Positions 1 through 11,233 of a stretch of 64,000 nt of DNA are shown in pieces. The notes beneath the pieces were generated by a model. The model did not search any database, had not been told where the DNA came from, and saw nothing but the letters and a program-made list of their open reading frames with translations. The stretch is from Cyanobium sp. (GTDB lineage Bacteria; Cyanobacteriota; Cyanobacteriia; PCC-6307; Cyanobiaceae), in assembly GCA_046081785.1 (NCBI GenBank), contig JBJTWN010000237.1, forward strand, positions 343-64,342, given 5' to 3'. Both the position numbers and the translations under genes were made by a program. Every line of letters begins with the position of its first letter. Within the stretch, counting starts at the first letter, position 1.

Positions 1-42
1 TGACCCTTGCCATCTCTGCTGAGTTCAATTTTGTAGATGATG

Positions 43-1631
43 CTAAAAGGCTACGCTTTTCTTTTCTAAATTCCAATCAGGATCTTTGAGAGAAGCATAG
101 ACGATGCCCAGCTGATCAATCTCCTCGCCACAGCGACCGTAAAAACCGAGCACGATGGCATCGTTTGGCGGAGACCAGGGGCCAAAGGAAGATCCACTAG
201 ATCCACCACCTGAAATATTTGTTCCGGTGGAAACTTGAATGTATATGTTATCAAGTTTAGCCCCGAAACGCCCAAAATGACGGAGATGGTTTCAACATTC
301 TTCTTGTCATTCGCCAGGTTGATCGGACCTTGCTGGCTTCCACCGCTACCACCACGCCGGCACTCATATGTCAAAACTTGGGAATTCTGAGTATCGGGAT
401 TTTGATACCCGTATTTTGTCTTTAACTGATCAACCCTCTTGCCAGTTCTGATCGCGACCGAGAGTATGCGTGTTTTCTGTGTAAAATAACAGGTGAGATC
501 TACGTCATTAAATGGGCTGCCACCACCGCCACCCCACTTATCTGAATACATTAAGCCACTCGTTTTGAGTGAAGGGGCACCATCGGAAATAGATTGGAGG
601 GAGGGCTTGACGAAGGTTCTGGTTGGGTTGGCGCAAAACTGATTCATTTGATCGATGATGGCGGCATAATCCTTTTCAGCGAGAATCAGATTATCGTGGA
701 GGGTATCACTGCGAAAATCATAGAAATTATAGATATTTTCTAGTATTTCCATTTGTTTGATATTTTGATCAATAGTTGTTAGATCTTTTGTCAATCCATC
801 GACAATTGAATTGCCAATAAAATACTCGCGATTTCTAGCAATCTTTGTAAAAGCATCACCCGCTCCTGGAACCTCTTCGTACCCAGATACGTCGTAGATG
901 ATGATTGTGGGTGCGTCGATTGTCTTGCCACTAAACTGAAGGGCAAAATCAATCATTGTATTGGCATCAGGCAGCACTTGGGATGACAAACCTGAAAGAT
1001 GCTGCTCCAACTGATAGCTGACCTTGACTTGGCGGAGAAAGCTGTTGAGCGCGAGCTGCGTCTCGCTTGTGAAGGCTCCCGTCGGAGTGACAATCTCAGA
1101 GGTAAGGCCAGCTTGGATGTATTTTTGTTCCTCAAGGCTGCTACAAAAGAATGTAAAAACTCCGATGTATTCGCCTCCTAGCATGAAACTGCTGAGATAA
1201 GAGTCGCCATAATAGCGAAAAAATTCATTCGCTTCCTTGTCGCTGGTTGGTATCGCTATTGGCAGATCTTGGCGGAAGCGCGAGGTTGTGACACTTGCAT
1301 TCGAATACTTGTTGGTGTATACCGCCAACGAGACGCTATACGTTGTCTGCTGAATTGAATGAAAATAAGAAACTTTGCCACTGGCGCCACCCCCCATGTA
1401 GCTTGCAGAAACAGATTGACTAAACGCGATGCTCTTGGCTAGTTCTTCAACGCTCAGGTTCAATGTTAATTTACCGGTCGTTGTGATGTCTTTACCGTAT
1501 GTTATGTCACCTTCAACAGCCGTGTTTGGCTTGGCATCTCCAGTGATACTGTCAAAGCCTTGAAATGGCGAAATCAGTAAAGCATTGATGGTGTTGTTGA
1601 CCTTATTTGAGCTTTTGTTATTTGACATCAT
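43..1631 (-). pseudogene. MACPF-like pore-forming domain + C-terminal jacalin lectin domain, 1-nt frameshift near 275
   Basis: FFRYYGDSYLSSFMLGG resembles the MACPF signature. A jacalin start (GGGGGSPFND..IRTGKRVDQL) lies in ORF 66..1631, and the rest of the jacalin (GRFGAKLDNI...VLGFYGRCGEEIDQLGIVY) is in another frame ending at TAG 45-43. Confidence 0.65.
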
Positions 1632-1910
1632 TTTTGTAAATAGGCGAGTTGATCAATGTTACTCTGAGAACCAAAGATCGTCAAGCGCGATCATGTTCAA
1701 ATTATACTTCGGACTTTACAAGGCTTTGATCGCCCATCCAAGCCTGGCAAGTTCGGCCTTTTCGTCCGGGTTCCCTGCGTCAATACGGTCTCGTGGCCAC
1801 ACTCGCTCTTGCCATGGCCCAGTGCTGCCCAACCCACTTGTCTCAGCTGATCTTGGTAAGGCTCTCTTCTCGTTTTTTTGTGAGATCACCAGGAAAATGT
1901 TGCTGCCTGC

Positions 1911-3143
1911 CTACCTCCCCCCAAGCCAAGCCCGCCAACGTGCCCGTTCCCATTTTCCCAGCGCATTCGGCCTCAATTCCAGGCAGAGAAGCCATTCCGC
2001 TGGACGTTGAGCCGGGGGCAGCACTAAAGCCAGCCGCCGCAGTTCCGCCAGCACGCTCTCTCCACACGCCTGCCTCCGGGGGCGTACCAGTCCCACCAAC
2101 CGCTGCCCCCACTCCCGATCCGGACGCGCAACCACCAGTAGCTCCGCCACGGGCAGGTCCGATTCCATCGCCAGGCGCCGCAGCTGCCCTTCCACCTGCT
2201 CAGGAAACACCGTTTCGCCGCCACTGTGCACAGCCTCATCGAGCCGACCGAGCAGGGTGAGCCCGCCCCCCGCCGCCAGCAGCCCCCGATCTCCACTGCG
2301 CCACCAGCCGTCGGCCATCGCCAGGGGCCGCAACCGGCCCCCCTCCAGCACCCCCGGGCTCAGGCTGCGGGAGCGCACCTCCACCGCCCCATCACTGCCG
2401 GCGATGCGCAAGCCGGCATGGGCCAAGGGGAGCCCGCAGCCCGCCTGGCCCGCCAAAAATGCCTGCGGTGCCAGGGCCGTCACCATTGAGCCGGTTTCCG
2501 TGCTGCCGTAGCAGGGAGCCAAAGGCAGACCCAGCTGGCGGCTCCTGCCCCGCTCCTCTGGCGCCAGCGGAGCCCCACCGATCCAAATCAAGCTGAACCC
2601 TTGCAACCAGCGCACCCCGGCGGGATGGGCCAGGAGTCGATGCAGCTGGGTGGGCACCAGCGAGAGCAGGGTTGGCTGGCCAGGAGGCAAGGGCAGGATC
2701 CGGGGCAACGCCTGCGGCGTTCGCAGCTGGGCCGGCTCCAGCCAGCGGTGTTCCGCCCCCCAGATCTCGGAGCGAAGCCAGGGCATCAGGCCGCTGACAT
2801 GGTGCCAGGGGAGAGGATTCACCACCAGCGCCGTGCTCGGCTCGATGCCCAACTGCCGCAACCAGTCGCCAGTCGCCGCGGCGGAGGCTTCGAGATGGGT
2901 GAGGGGTTGCAGGCACCAGCGCCGCCGGCCGCTGCTGCCGCCACTGCCCAATACCACCGCCGGGGCATGGCGCCACAGCAGCGGATCCCCTTGGCCCAGG
3001 GCCTGCCGCAGGTCGGGCAGCTCCTGGGATGGGGCCAGTCCCAACACGCCTCCACAGCGCTGAAGCTGTTCCATCGCGGCCACAAAGGCAGGCATCCCTG
3101 CCTGGGCAGCCAACAACGAGAGGGGCGGGGCAGAATCCACCAT
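1911..3143 (-). CDS. menE: o-succinylbenzoate-CoA ligase
   Basis: AMP-binding motifs SGGSSG, YGSTET, WRSGDRG, SGGETVFP; in men cluster; start set at ATG of MVDSAPP. Confidence 0.85.
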   Translation of the reverse strand: MVDSAPPLSLLAAQAGMPAFVAAMEQLQRCGGVLGLAPSQELPDLRQALGQGDPLLWRHAPAVVLGSGGSSGRRRWCLQPLTHLEASAAATGDWLRQLGIEPSTALVVNPLPWHHVSGLMPWLRSEIWGAEHRWLEPAQLRTPQALPRILPLPPGQPTLLSLVPTQLHRLLAHPAGVRWLQGFSLIWIGGAPLAPEERGRSRQLGLPLAPCYGSTETGSMVTALAPQAFLAGQAGCGLPLAHAGLRIAGSDGAVEVRSRSLSPGVLEGGRLRPLAMADGWWRSGDRGLLAAGGGLTLLGRLDEAVHSGGETVFPEQVEGQLRRLAMESDLPVAELLVVARPDREWGQRLVGLVRPRRQACGESVLAELRRLALVLPPAQRPAEWLLCLELRPNALGKWERARWRAWLGGR

Positions 3144-3147
3144 GGGA

Positions 3148-4149
3148 TCAGTTGGTCCCAGCCGCTTGCCAAACCTGCTCGGGCAAGGCTGACCCCAAAT
3201 CACCCGGAGGCTGCCAACCCGGCGCCAGGCCAGGGGCTGTGGGGGTCGGCCCCGCCGCCTGCAGGGCCGCCAAATGGTCGAGCCAGCGGCGGCCGATGCC
3301 GGTTTCAAAGCTGGTGCTCACCATCCACCAGCGGCGGCCCGCCTGCAGCTGCCGGAGCAGGGGCCGGGGATCACCCTCCTGGGAGGGACGGCGCACCTGC
3401 CAGCCGGGCCAGCTGCGGCGCAGCTCGGGGTGATGCTGCAGAGATTCATCCAACGCGACCGGCACCAGGCCGGCCAGGGTCTCCAGGCCGGCGTGATCGG
3501 CCGGATCGAGGGGTTGCTCCAGCCATTCCAGACGCCTGTCGCCCTGTAGGCGGGCGGCCCAGCGCCAAGCGGTGGGGCGATCCCAGCCGCCATTGGCATC
3601 GAGCCGCAGCCGCGCTCCCGCAGGGAGGAGACGAACCAGCTCCCCATACCAGAGTTGCTCCCGGGGCTCAGGGTGCACCCCCACCTTCCATTTGAAGGTG
3701 AGGGGGCCACCTGCTGGGGCCACTCTGCGTTGGAGAAGCGCACGGGCCGCGTCGAGGGCCTCTGCACCAGCCGGCAAAAGCCAAGCGGAGGGCGGGGCCT
3801 GGAGCCAACCGCCGCCGGCTGGTCCGACCCAGCCATCCAGCTCCGCGAGGGCGGCTCCCAGGGCGAAGGCCAGGGAAGGGGGCAGGGTGGGCAGCTGCTG
3901 TTCCAGCGCGTCGCGCGTTGGGCTGGAACTCAGCTGCTGGAGCGCTTGGGCACAGGTGGCCAGGGCCGCATCCGCGGCGCTGGCCAAGGCCAGGGGAGAG
4001 GCTTCTCCCCAGCCGCAGGTGCCCTGGGCGGATTCCAGCCGCAGCAGCCACCCCCGGCGGCGTGCCACGGGGCCGGCGGCCGTGAGCAGCGGGGCGGGCA
4101 AGGCGAAAGAAAAAGAACGCCACTTCAGGCAGAGCCGCTCCTCACGCAC
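3148..4149 (-). CDS. menC: o-succinylbenzoate synthase
   Basis: Enolase-superfamily motifs GWGEASPL, KWKVG, LRLDANGGW, WLEQP, ALDESL; GTG start estimated. Confidence 0.85.
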   Translation of the reverse strand: MREERLCLKWRSFSFALPAPLLTAAGPVARRRGWLLRLESAQGTCGWGEASPLALASAADAALATCAQALQQLSSSPTRDALEQQLPTLPPSLAFALGAALAELDGWVGPAGGGWLQAPPSAWLLPAGAEALDAARALLQRRVAPAGGPLTFKWKVGVHPEPREQLWYGELVRLLPAGARLRLDANGGWDRPTAWRWAARLQGDRRLEWLEQPLDPADHAGLETLAGLVPVALDESLQHHPELRRSWPGWQVRRPSQEGDPRPLLRQLQAGRRWWMVSTSFETGIGRRWLDHLAALQAAGPTPTAPGLAPGWQPPGDLGSALPEQVWQAAGTN

Positions 4150-4187
4150 ACCAGTGGCGGCACGATTCCCACCAGCAGCTGCTGCGC

Positions 4188-5201
4188 TCACCGTCCAACC
4201 AGTGCCTGCCACCAGGGGCCAATGGCCAGGCCCGCAGCCAAGCCCAAGCCATTGAGGGCCTGAAACCGGAGGGCCAGAAACTTGCTGCCCGTCACCCGAG
4301 CGGGTTGGTCGTGACCCGAGGCCAGCAGCTGAATGAGCGCCCTGGCCGGGGGAATCCCCACCCCCCCCAGGAGGGCCGTCAGGGGCCACCAGCCCAGCAG
4401 CACCGGCGTCCATTGCAGGGCCAGGCTGGCCGCCACAAACCAGGGCACCAGGCCCGCGGCCCGCTGGGTCCCCAGCCGCACGACCGGTGAGCGCTTGCCA
4501 TGGGCCGCATCTTCCTCCACCTGGTGGAAATGGGAACAGAAGAGCACCAAGGTGGTGGCCAGGGCTGGACCGGCCCCAAGCACCAAAGCCGTGCTCCAGG
4601 GGATGGGGGAGGCCGGTGCGGCGGCAGCTGTGGGAGCGAGGGCCAGCAGGGCGGCCGCGGTGGCGAGCGGCCCGAAGGCCAACCAGCAAAGCGGCTCCCC
4701 CAAACCGCGATAACCCAAGCGGAAGGGGGGGCCTTGATAGGCATAGCCCACACCGCAACAAGCCAACACCAGCAGAAACACTGTTGGGGAACTGCGCAGG
4801 GCCACCACGCCCATCAACACAAGCCCCAGCACCAAGCAGCCATGGGCCAAAGCAGCGATGCGATCACGGCGGCCTGTGAGATTCACCAGGGAGTGGGGTT
4901 TGCCGATGGCATCCACGCCGGTGTCGGCGTCAAACACGTCATTGGCCAGATTTTCCCAAGCCAGCAGCAGGATGGCCGCTGCCAAAAACAGCCCCACCTG
5001 CCCACCCCGCACGGGCAGAGATTGGCTCAGGCGCCAACCCGCCGCCAGCAGCACGGGCATCACAGCCACCGCATACATCGGCCATTTGATGGCGGCCCGC
5101 CAGAGCGTTCGCCGCTCCGCCCTGCCGACCCCCGCGGAAAGCGGCGGGGGTGGGCCGGCGTAACGGCTTGCGACGACCTGGCGCTCCAGCGGGCCTGGCA
5201 C
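4188..5201 (-). CDS. menA: DHNA phytyltransferase
   Basis: WRAAIKWPMYAVAVMP, NDVFDADTGVD, YQGPPFRLGY, EEDAAHGK; start estimated. Confidence 0.9.
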   Translation of the reverse strand: MPGPLERQVVASRYAGPPPPLSAGVGRAERRTLWRAAIKWPMYAVAVMPVLLAAGWRLSQSLPVRGGQVGLFLAAAILLLAWENLANDVFDADTGVDAIGKPHSLVNLTGRRDRIAALAHGCLVLGLVLMGVVALRSSPTVFLLVLACCGVGYAYQGPPFRLGYRGLGEPLCWLAFGPLATAAALLALAPTAAAAPASPIPWSTALVLGAGPALATTLVLFCSHFHQVEEDAAHGKRSPVVRLGTQRAAGLVPWFVAASLALQWTPVLLGWWPLTALLGGVGIPPARALIQLLASGHDQPARVTGSKFLALRFQALNGLGLAAGLAIGPWWQALVGR

Positions 5202-5265
5202 AGGCGAGAGACGGGGAAACACCCATACATTTGAGCAGCCCTTCGCCCAGACCCGAGGCTCCCTG

Positions 5266-6717
5266 GTGCTGGCCCCCCCAACCTTCTCTGGGTTGCTTGC
5301 CACGGCATCCAAGCTGGCCCGCCATGCGGAGCAGGCGGCGAGTGGTGCTGTCGACGAAGAGCCCGTGGTCAGCCTGGCGCTGCCATTCGATCCTGGCGAG
5401 GCCAAGGGACTGGATCCCTTGGCCCTGCTCCCCGCCCTCGGGGCGACGGACGCCTTCCGCTTCCTCTGGGACGGGGCCCCGGGGCTTTGTCTGGCCGCCA
5501 GCGGTCGCTGCCACAGCCTGCAGCTCAGCGGTCCTCGCCGTTTTGAACTGGCCCAGCGGTTTTGCAGCCTCAGCCTGCAGCGCCTGGCCATCGCCGCTGA
5601 GCCCCTGCCTGCGTTGGCCCGACCACGGGTGTTGCTGGCCTTCTCCTTTTTCGACGCGCCTCTCGATCAGGGGCTTGGCGCACCAGGGGTGGAGGCCGTG
5701 TTGCCCCGCTGGCAGCTGAGCCGCCAGGGGCGCCATTGCTGGCTGCGGCTGCAGCGGAGCCTGGGTGGAGCCATCACACCCCGCAGCGTGGCGGAAGAAC
5801 TCTGGGAGATGGCACAGCATCTGAAGGGGCTGGCTGCCCTGGAGGCCGAGCAGCCCCCCCTGCCAGTGCGAGCGGCCGCGAATCAGGCGATGGGGCACTG
5901 CTCAAACTGGCGGGAGCCCTACCGGGCTGCTCTCCAGCGAGGCCTCGATCTGGTGGAGGATGGTGAGCTGCACAAGCTTGTCCTGGCGGCCAGGCAGCGG
6001 GTGGAATTGAAGGGCTCCCTCGACCCAAGGCTCCTGCTCGCCCATCTGCGCCGCAGCCAACCGGGAAGCTGCCGATTTCTCTGGCAACCCGCCGCTGAGG
6101 AGGCTCTGCTGGGGGCCTCCCCCGAACGGCTGCTCGCGGTGCGCCAGGGACTGCTGCGCAGTGATGCTCTCGCCGGCACGCGACCCAGTGGTGGGGAAGC
6201 GGCAGAGCTGCTTCGCTCCGAGAAGGATCGCCACGAGCACGACCTGGTGGTCGAAACCATCCGTCGGGTGCTGCGTCGGGCAGGTTTGTCTCCCCATCGG
6301 CCGCGCCACCCTCGCCTGGCCCGACACGGAGGCTTGGTGCACCTGCACACCCCGATCACCGCCACGCTCCAAGGCCTGAGCCCCCTGGCCCTTGCGGAGA
6401 TGCTCCATCCCACCCCTGCGGTGGCCGGCCTGCCACGACGGGAGGCCATGGCCTGGTTGCGCTGCCTGGAACCCTTCGAACGGGGCCACTACGCCGCCCC
6501 GATTGGCTGGATCGACAGCCAGGGGGACTGCGAACTGCGTGTGGCCATCCGCAGCGGGCTGATTCGCCAAGGCGCCCTCGAACTCACTGCCGGCGCAGGA
6601 CTGGTGCGGGGGTCGGTGCCCGAGCGGGAGGAGCAGGAAGTGGCCCTCAAACTGAGGGTGTTGCTGGATCAGCTGCTCAGCGCTGTCACCCCGGCCAGCA
6701 GCCGCGCGATCGTCTGA
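5266..6717 (+). CDS. menF: isochorismate synthase
   Basis: [44 protein letters not shown]. Confidence 0.9.
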   Translation: MLAPPTFSGLLATASKLARHAEQAASGAVDEEPVVSLALPFDPGEAKGLDPLALLPALGATDAFRFLWDGAPGLCLAASGRCHSLQLSGPRRFELAQRFCSLSLQRLAIAAEPLPALARPRVLLAFSFFDAPLDQGLGAPGVEAVLPRWQLSRQGRHCWLRLQRSLGGAITPRSVAEELWEMAQHLKGLAALEAEQPPLPVRAAANQAMGHCSNWREPYRAALQRGLDLVEDGELHKLVLAARQRVELKGSLDPRLLLAHLRRSQPGSCRFLWQPAAEEALLGASPERLLAVRQGLLRSDALAGTRPSGGEAAELLRSEKDRHEHDLVVETIRRVLRRAGLSPHRPRHPRLARHGGLVHLHTPITATLQGLSPLALAEMLHPTPAVAGLPRREAMAWLRCLEPFERGHYAAPIGWIDSQGDCELRVAIRSGLIRQGALELTAGAGLVRGSVPEREEQEVALKLRVLLDQLLSAVTPASSRAIV

Positions 6718-7694
6718 TCGGCCAGGGGAATGCCCCCGAGACGCTCCACCTCCCGCACCCCGGTTGGGCTCGTGACATTGATCTCGCTGAGCCGGCCATC
6801 GATCACATCGATGCCCACAAAGAACAACCCCTCCTCCCGGAGCACCGGTGCCAGTTGCTGGCAGATCTCCCGCTCAGCCGCCGTGAGGTCGGCCGCCTCA
6901 GGCGCGCCACCAACCGCCAGGTTGCTGCGAAACTCGCCCCCGGTCGGCACCCGATTCACCGCCCCGAGAGGTTCGCCATCCACCAAGAGGATGCGCTTGT
7001 CGCCGGCGCTCACCCCGGGCAGGAAGGCCTGGGCCATGACGGGCAAACTCTCCATCTGGGTGACCAGCTCCAGCAGGGCCCGCAGGCCGGGGGTGGCGGC
7101 GGAGGCAAACACCACCCCCTGCCCGGCCCGTCCGGCCAAGGGCTTGAGCACCACCTCGCCTTGCTCCCTGGCAAAGCGGGCCAGGAGGTCCACCCGGCTG
7201 CTCACCACGGTGGCAGCCATCAAGTGGCCAAAGCGGAGCGAACTGAGCTTTTCATTCCAGGCCCGCAGCGCAGCAGGCCGATTGACCACGCGAACACCCC
7301 GCCGCTCTCCCAGCTCCAGCAGGTGGGTGGCATAGAGGTAGGCCTCATCGACCGGTGGATCCTTGCGCATCCACGCCACCGTGAAACCATCCAACGGCAG
7401 CCGTTGGGCCTGGCCTCGCTGAAACCAGGGATCGGGCACCTGCCATTGGCCGCCCTGCACAGCCATGTCCATCAACTGCAAGGGACAGGCCCGCACCCAA
7501 GTGCCGTAACCACCATCGGGATGGGGCTCGGCGGAGAGATCGGCCAGTTCAGCACACCAGGCTTGCCCCCCCGCCCGTTGGAGGGCCTGCATCAGGGCAA
7601 CGCTCGTGTCCTTGGCGGGATTGAGGCGCTCCAGCGGATCCATCAGGAACAGCTGGTGGGTGGCGGGAAGCCGAGTGGGTGCGTCCTGGCTCAC
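6669..7694 (-). CDS. gshB: glutathione synthetase
   Basis: [38 protein letters not shown]. Confidence 0.95.
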   Translation of the reverse strand: MSQDAPTRLPATHQLFLMDPLERLNPAKDTSVALMQALQRAGGQAWCAELADLSAEPHPDGGYGTWVRACPLQLMDMAVQGGQWQVPDPWFQRGQAQRLPLDGFTVAWMRKDPPVDEAYLYATHLLELGERRGVRVVNRPAALRAWNEKLSSLRFGHLMAATVVSSRVDLLARFAREQGEVVLKPLAGRAGQGVVFASAATPGLRALLELVTQMESLPVMAQAFLPGVSAGDKRILLVDGEPLGAVNRVPTGGEFRSNLAVGGAPEAADLTAAEREICQQLAPVLREEGLFFVGIDVIDGRLSEINVTSPTGVREVERLGGIPLADQTIARLLAGVTALSS

Positions 7695-7993
7695 CCTTGG
7701 CGCCCCAGAAGGGCATCCAACTCGCCGCGGCGCTCGAGCGCATGAAGCTCGTCACAGCCGCCGATGCCCGTGTTGTTGATGAAGATCTGGGGCAGGCTGC
7801 TGCGGCCCTCAGCCCGACGGGTCATTTGTCGGCGGGCCTCGTCATCTCCGTCAATGCAGTACTCGCTGTAGTCCACCCCCTTTCGGTCGAGCAGGCCCTT
7901 GGCCCGCACGCTAAACGGACAGAAGCGCCAGGTGTAGATCTCCACCTTGGCAGCAGGTTGAGATGCAGCAGGTTGAGCGCCCGCGGGAGCCAT
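7691..7993 (-). CDS. grxC: glutaredoxin 3-like, active site CPFS
   Basis: [30 protein letters not shown]; adjacent to gshB. Confidence 0.85.
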   Translation of the reverse strand: MAPAGAQPAASQPAAKVEIYTWRFCPFSVRAKGLLDRKGVDYSEYCIDGDDEARRQMTRRAEGRSSLPQIFINNTGIGGCDELHALERRGELDALLGRQG

Positions 7994-8128
7994 GGCCCAT
8001 CGATCCAGGGTGCTGCCGATCCTAGGCACCGCCTCTGGCTTGGATGGATGCTTCTCCATCTCGGGCGTGGGGGCAACGGCTGCGCTGAGGCTGATACGGT
8101 CGGTGCAGTGAAATCGGCGGCACCCCTC

Positions 8129-9248
8129 TTGATCGATCTGACAGATTTCAAACGCGATCTCTCCGAACTCAGCGACCGCCTGGGCCATGCCCAGGACTGC
8201 CTTTGACGTCCCTGCCCTGAGAGCGCGCCAACAGGATTTGGAACAGCTGGCCGCCCAGCCGGGTTTCTGGGACGACCAGGTCCAGGCCCAGCGGCAGATG
8301 CGCCAGTTGGATGAAGTGAGAGCCCAGCTCGAGCAGCTGAGCCGATGGACGGGCTTGGTGGACGATGCCCGCGCCACCTTGGAGCTCTATGACCTGGAGC
8401 CCGACGAGGAGCTGTTGAGCGAGGGGCATGGCGGGCTGGGGCGGTTGCGCAGTGAACTCGACCGCTGGGAACTGGAGCGGCTGCTCAGCGGGCTTTACGA
8501 CAAAGAGGGAGCGGTTCTGAGCATCAATGCGGGGGCCGGCGGCACCGATGCCCAGGATTGGGCCCTGATGTTGATGCGGATGTACACCCGCTGGGCTGAA
8601 GATCACGGCATGAAGGTGAGCGTGGATGAGATCACCGAGGGCGAGGAAGCGGGCATCAAAAGCTGCACGATTGAGATCGAAGGCCGCTATGCCTATGGCT
8701 ACCTGCGCAACGAGAAGGGCACCCACCGGCTCGTGCGCATTTCGCCCTTCAACGCCAATGACAAGCGGCAAACCAGCTTTGCCGGGGTGGAGGTGATGCC
8801 CAAGCTTGAAGAGCAGCTGGATCTGGTGATTCCAGAGAAGGATCTGGAAATCACCACGTCTCGATCTGGCGGGGCCGGCGGGCAGAACGTGAACAAGGTG
8901 GAGACGGCGGTGCGCATCCTGCACGTGCCCACAGGCCTGGCGGTGCGCTGCACCCAGGAGCGCTCCCAGCTGCAAAACAAAGAGAAGGCCATGGCGCTGC
9001 TCAAAGCCAAGCTGATGGTGATCGCCCAGGAGCAGCGGGCGGCCGAAATTGCCGACATCCGCGGCGACATTGTGGAGGCTGCCTGGGGCAACCAGATCCG
9101 CAACTACGTGTTTCACCCTTATCAGATGGTGAAGGATCTGCGCACAGGGGAAGAGACCACCGATGTGCAGGGGGTGATGGATGGGGATTTGGATCCCTTC
9201 ATCCAGAGCCTGTTGCGGCAGGGCGTGGAGGTGGGGGCCTCCAACTGA
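8129..9248 (+). CDS. prfB: peptide chain release factor 2 (programmed +1 frameshift)
   Basis: TTG-started [11 protein letters not shown]...AQDCL then CTT TGA C at 8201-8207; the +1 frame carries SPF and GGQ motifs. Confidence 0.95.
8192..8207 (+). promoter_or_regulatory. RF2 autoregulatory +1 frameshift site with upstream SD-like AGGA
   Basis: CAGGACTGC CTT TGA C. Confidence 0.9.
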
Positions 9249-9420
9249 GAGGGAGCAGGGCCAGGCGCCTTCACATTCCGTCATACTCCAAAGAACAGGC
9301 AGCTGCCGGGTTCCGACGTCGGGCCTGCGCTGAAGAGGTGATCAACTCAAATTGTGTTGTGACAGCCACCCAGAGCTGATTAGACTGGCGAAGCCCCCAC
9401 AGCCACTAGGATTCTTTGTC

Positions 9421-10344
9421 ATGGCGAAACTGTTAGGGAGCCTCAACAATTCCTCCCTAACCAGGAGAATAGCTATAACGCTAGTTGTAATTTTTCTGAC
9501 TTCGCTTGCTATTGTTCTCTCGCTCCTGAATTTCCTTCTACAGGGCCAAGCTATATCTCGCATTAATCAACAGTCAAATCTGATCATGGATAGCATGCTT
9601 GCCGTGAGGGAATACACAAGCCAACATGTCAATCCAATTGTAGCGCCATTGAACAACAATAATATTGAATTCATGCCAGAAGCTGTCCCAAGCTACTCCG
9701 CAACGACCGTATTCAGCTTTCTCAAGAATAACCCTAGCTATTCCAATTACTCCTATCGGGAAGCAACGCTCAATCCGACCAGTCTCAAAGACAAGGCAGA
9801 TTCTACAGAATCCGACATTATCCAAGAGTTTAGAACAAACCCAACCATGAAGTTAAAGACAGGTGAGCGCCAAACGCCTGTCGGCAGTTTTCACTACATT
9901 GCCAGGCCGATCAAGGTTTCAAAGCAGAGTTGCCTCGCATGCCATTCTGATCCTGCCTTGGCCCCAAAAAGTCAACTGCTTACCTATGGCAAAAACAATG
10001 GATTTGGTTGGAAGCTTGGAGAAACGATCGGAGCACAGATTGTGACGGTTCCCGTTGACGCTATCTACACATCAAAATGGAACTCTCTACTCTCGCTCTC
10101 CTCCCTTGTGGGCCTTTCCTTCCTTGGTGTTGGACTGGCGACTCTGATATTGCTACAAAAATTGATTCTTAAGCCAATTCGCCTCATGAGCGCCCGTGCA
10201 GATGAGGCAAGCATCCATCCAGAATCAATTGAGTTCTCCGAAAAATCAAGGCCAGATGAAATTGGGTCGATCGCAAGAAGCCTCGAGAGAATGAAACAAA
10301 GTCTGATAATTTCAATGCGAATGTTGAAAGATAAGAATCAATGA
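9421..10344 (+). CDS. Membrane c-type heme sensor (Tll0287/DUF3365-like) + HAMP, no output domain
   Basis: N-terminal TM; AVREYT, PEAVPSYSA, YREATLNPT, CLACH, YGKNNGFGWKLGE; second TM; HAMP-like PI..M...DEIGSIARSLERM. Confidence 0.8.
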   Translation: MAKLLGSLNNSSLTRRIAITLVVIFLTSLAIVLSLLNFLLQGQAISRINQQSNLIMDSMLAVREYTSQHVNPIVAPLNNNNIEFMPEAVPSYSATTVFSFLKNNPSYSNYSYREATLNPTSLKDKADSTESDIIQEFRTNPTMKLKTGERQTPVGSFHYIARPIKVSKQSCLACHSDPALAPKSQLLTYGKNNGFGWKLGETIGAQIVTVPVDAIYTSKWNSLLSLSSLVGLSFLGVGLATLILLQKLILKPIRLMSARADEASIHPESIEFSEKSRPDEIGSIARSLERMKQSLIISMRMLKDKNQ

Positions 10345-11228
10345 ATTATCATTTTCTGTTTTTGAATTTCAGTCTAGTCTCAACCATATTCATGGGCGGA
10401 TGTTCACTCGTCCCATTTCAAACGAAAGCAGCCCTTTGTTCCTCGGGAGAGACTCTGAAGATCGGGGTTGATCAACAGCTTTTCCCTTTGAACCAAGGAT
10501 CGGATGAGCAAGCCAATGACATAAAGAAACTTGAAGTCTTCCTTGGAAAGGCAACTCAGTGCCCGATCCAGATGGTGCCTATTGTTAGTACTCCACTTGG
10601 GCGCAAATTAATCAAAAGCGGTGGTTTTGATTTCGCCTTTCTCGCTCCCAGTCTCTCAGTCCTTGCACTCAATCAAGACTCTGGCTATGTACCCCTAAGG
10701 TCACTCGGACAGGACGGAGCGGTTCGTTCGGCGATGCTAGTCCCAAAAACCAGCGACATAAAGGATTATTCTGGCCTAAATGGCAAGAAGATTGGCCTGC
10801 TTTCAAGCGGGTTAATCGGCTATTACCTGGCTAGATATAATACTTACGGAGTGAATATAGCCGGCACCGACTATGGATTAAGCTATGAAGATCTAATTAA
10901 CAAATTGAAGATCCGCCAGGTCGATGCTATTGCGTGGGATACACAGATCACGCCCCTGCCTCCTGGGACGCGCCTGGGCGCTATCGATCCTCACCTGCTG
11001 CCATCGGGTGCGCTGTTGATGCACTCTAGGTTGAATAGCTTGGACTACACAGGCCTCCTCAAAGAGCTGGATGAAAACTCATTCCAGCTTCCCTCCTTTC
11101 TTCGCTATGGAGCAAGCACAAAACCCGAGCTAACATCTTACAATCACTTTATCAAGATTGTCCAGACAGTTGATCAGTGGGATAAACAAAACCAGCCTAT
11201 CATTGGACAACAAGAGGCGAATCATTAA
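10341..11228 (+). CDS. PhnD-like periplasmic binding lipoprotein
   Basis: Lipobox-like FMGGC; DFAFLAP, RSAMLVPKTSDIKD...LNGKKIGL..SGL.GYY; ATGA overlap with upstream gene. Confidence 0.7.
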   Translation: MNYHFLFLNFSLVSTIFMGGCSLVPFQTKAALCSSGETLKIGVDQQLFPLNQGSDEQANDIKKLEVFLGKATQCPIQMVPIVSTPLGRKLIKSGGFDFAFLAPSLSVLALNQDSGYVPLRSLGQDGAVRSAMLVPKTSDIKDYSGLNGKKIGLLSSGLIGYYLARYNTYGVNIAGTDYGLSYEDLINKLKIRQVDAIAWDTQITPLPPGTRLGAIDPHLLPSGALLMHSRLNSLDYTGLLKELDENSFQLPSFLRYGASTKPELTSYNHFIKIVQTVDQWDKQNQPIIGQQEANH

Positions 11229-11233
11229 AGCCA

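Noticed and set aside
8187-9248. prfB starting at ATG 8187
   Set aside because: The real N-terminus is in another frame, joined by the programmed frameshift
2601-9284. Long antisense/alternate-frame ORFs (e.g. 2601..3695, 4939..5898, 8169..9284)
   Set aside because: Shadows of GC-rich genes with recognisable products; no motifs of their own
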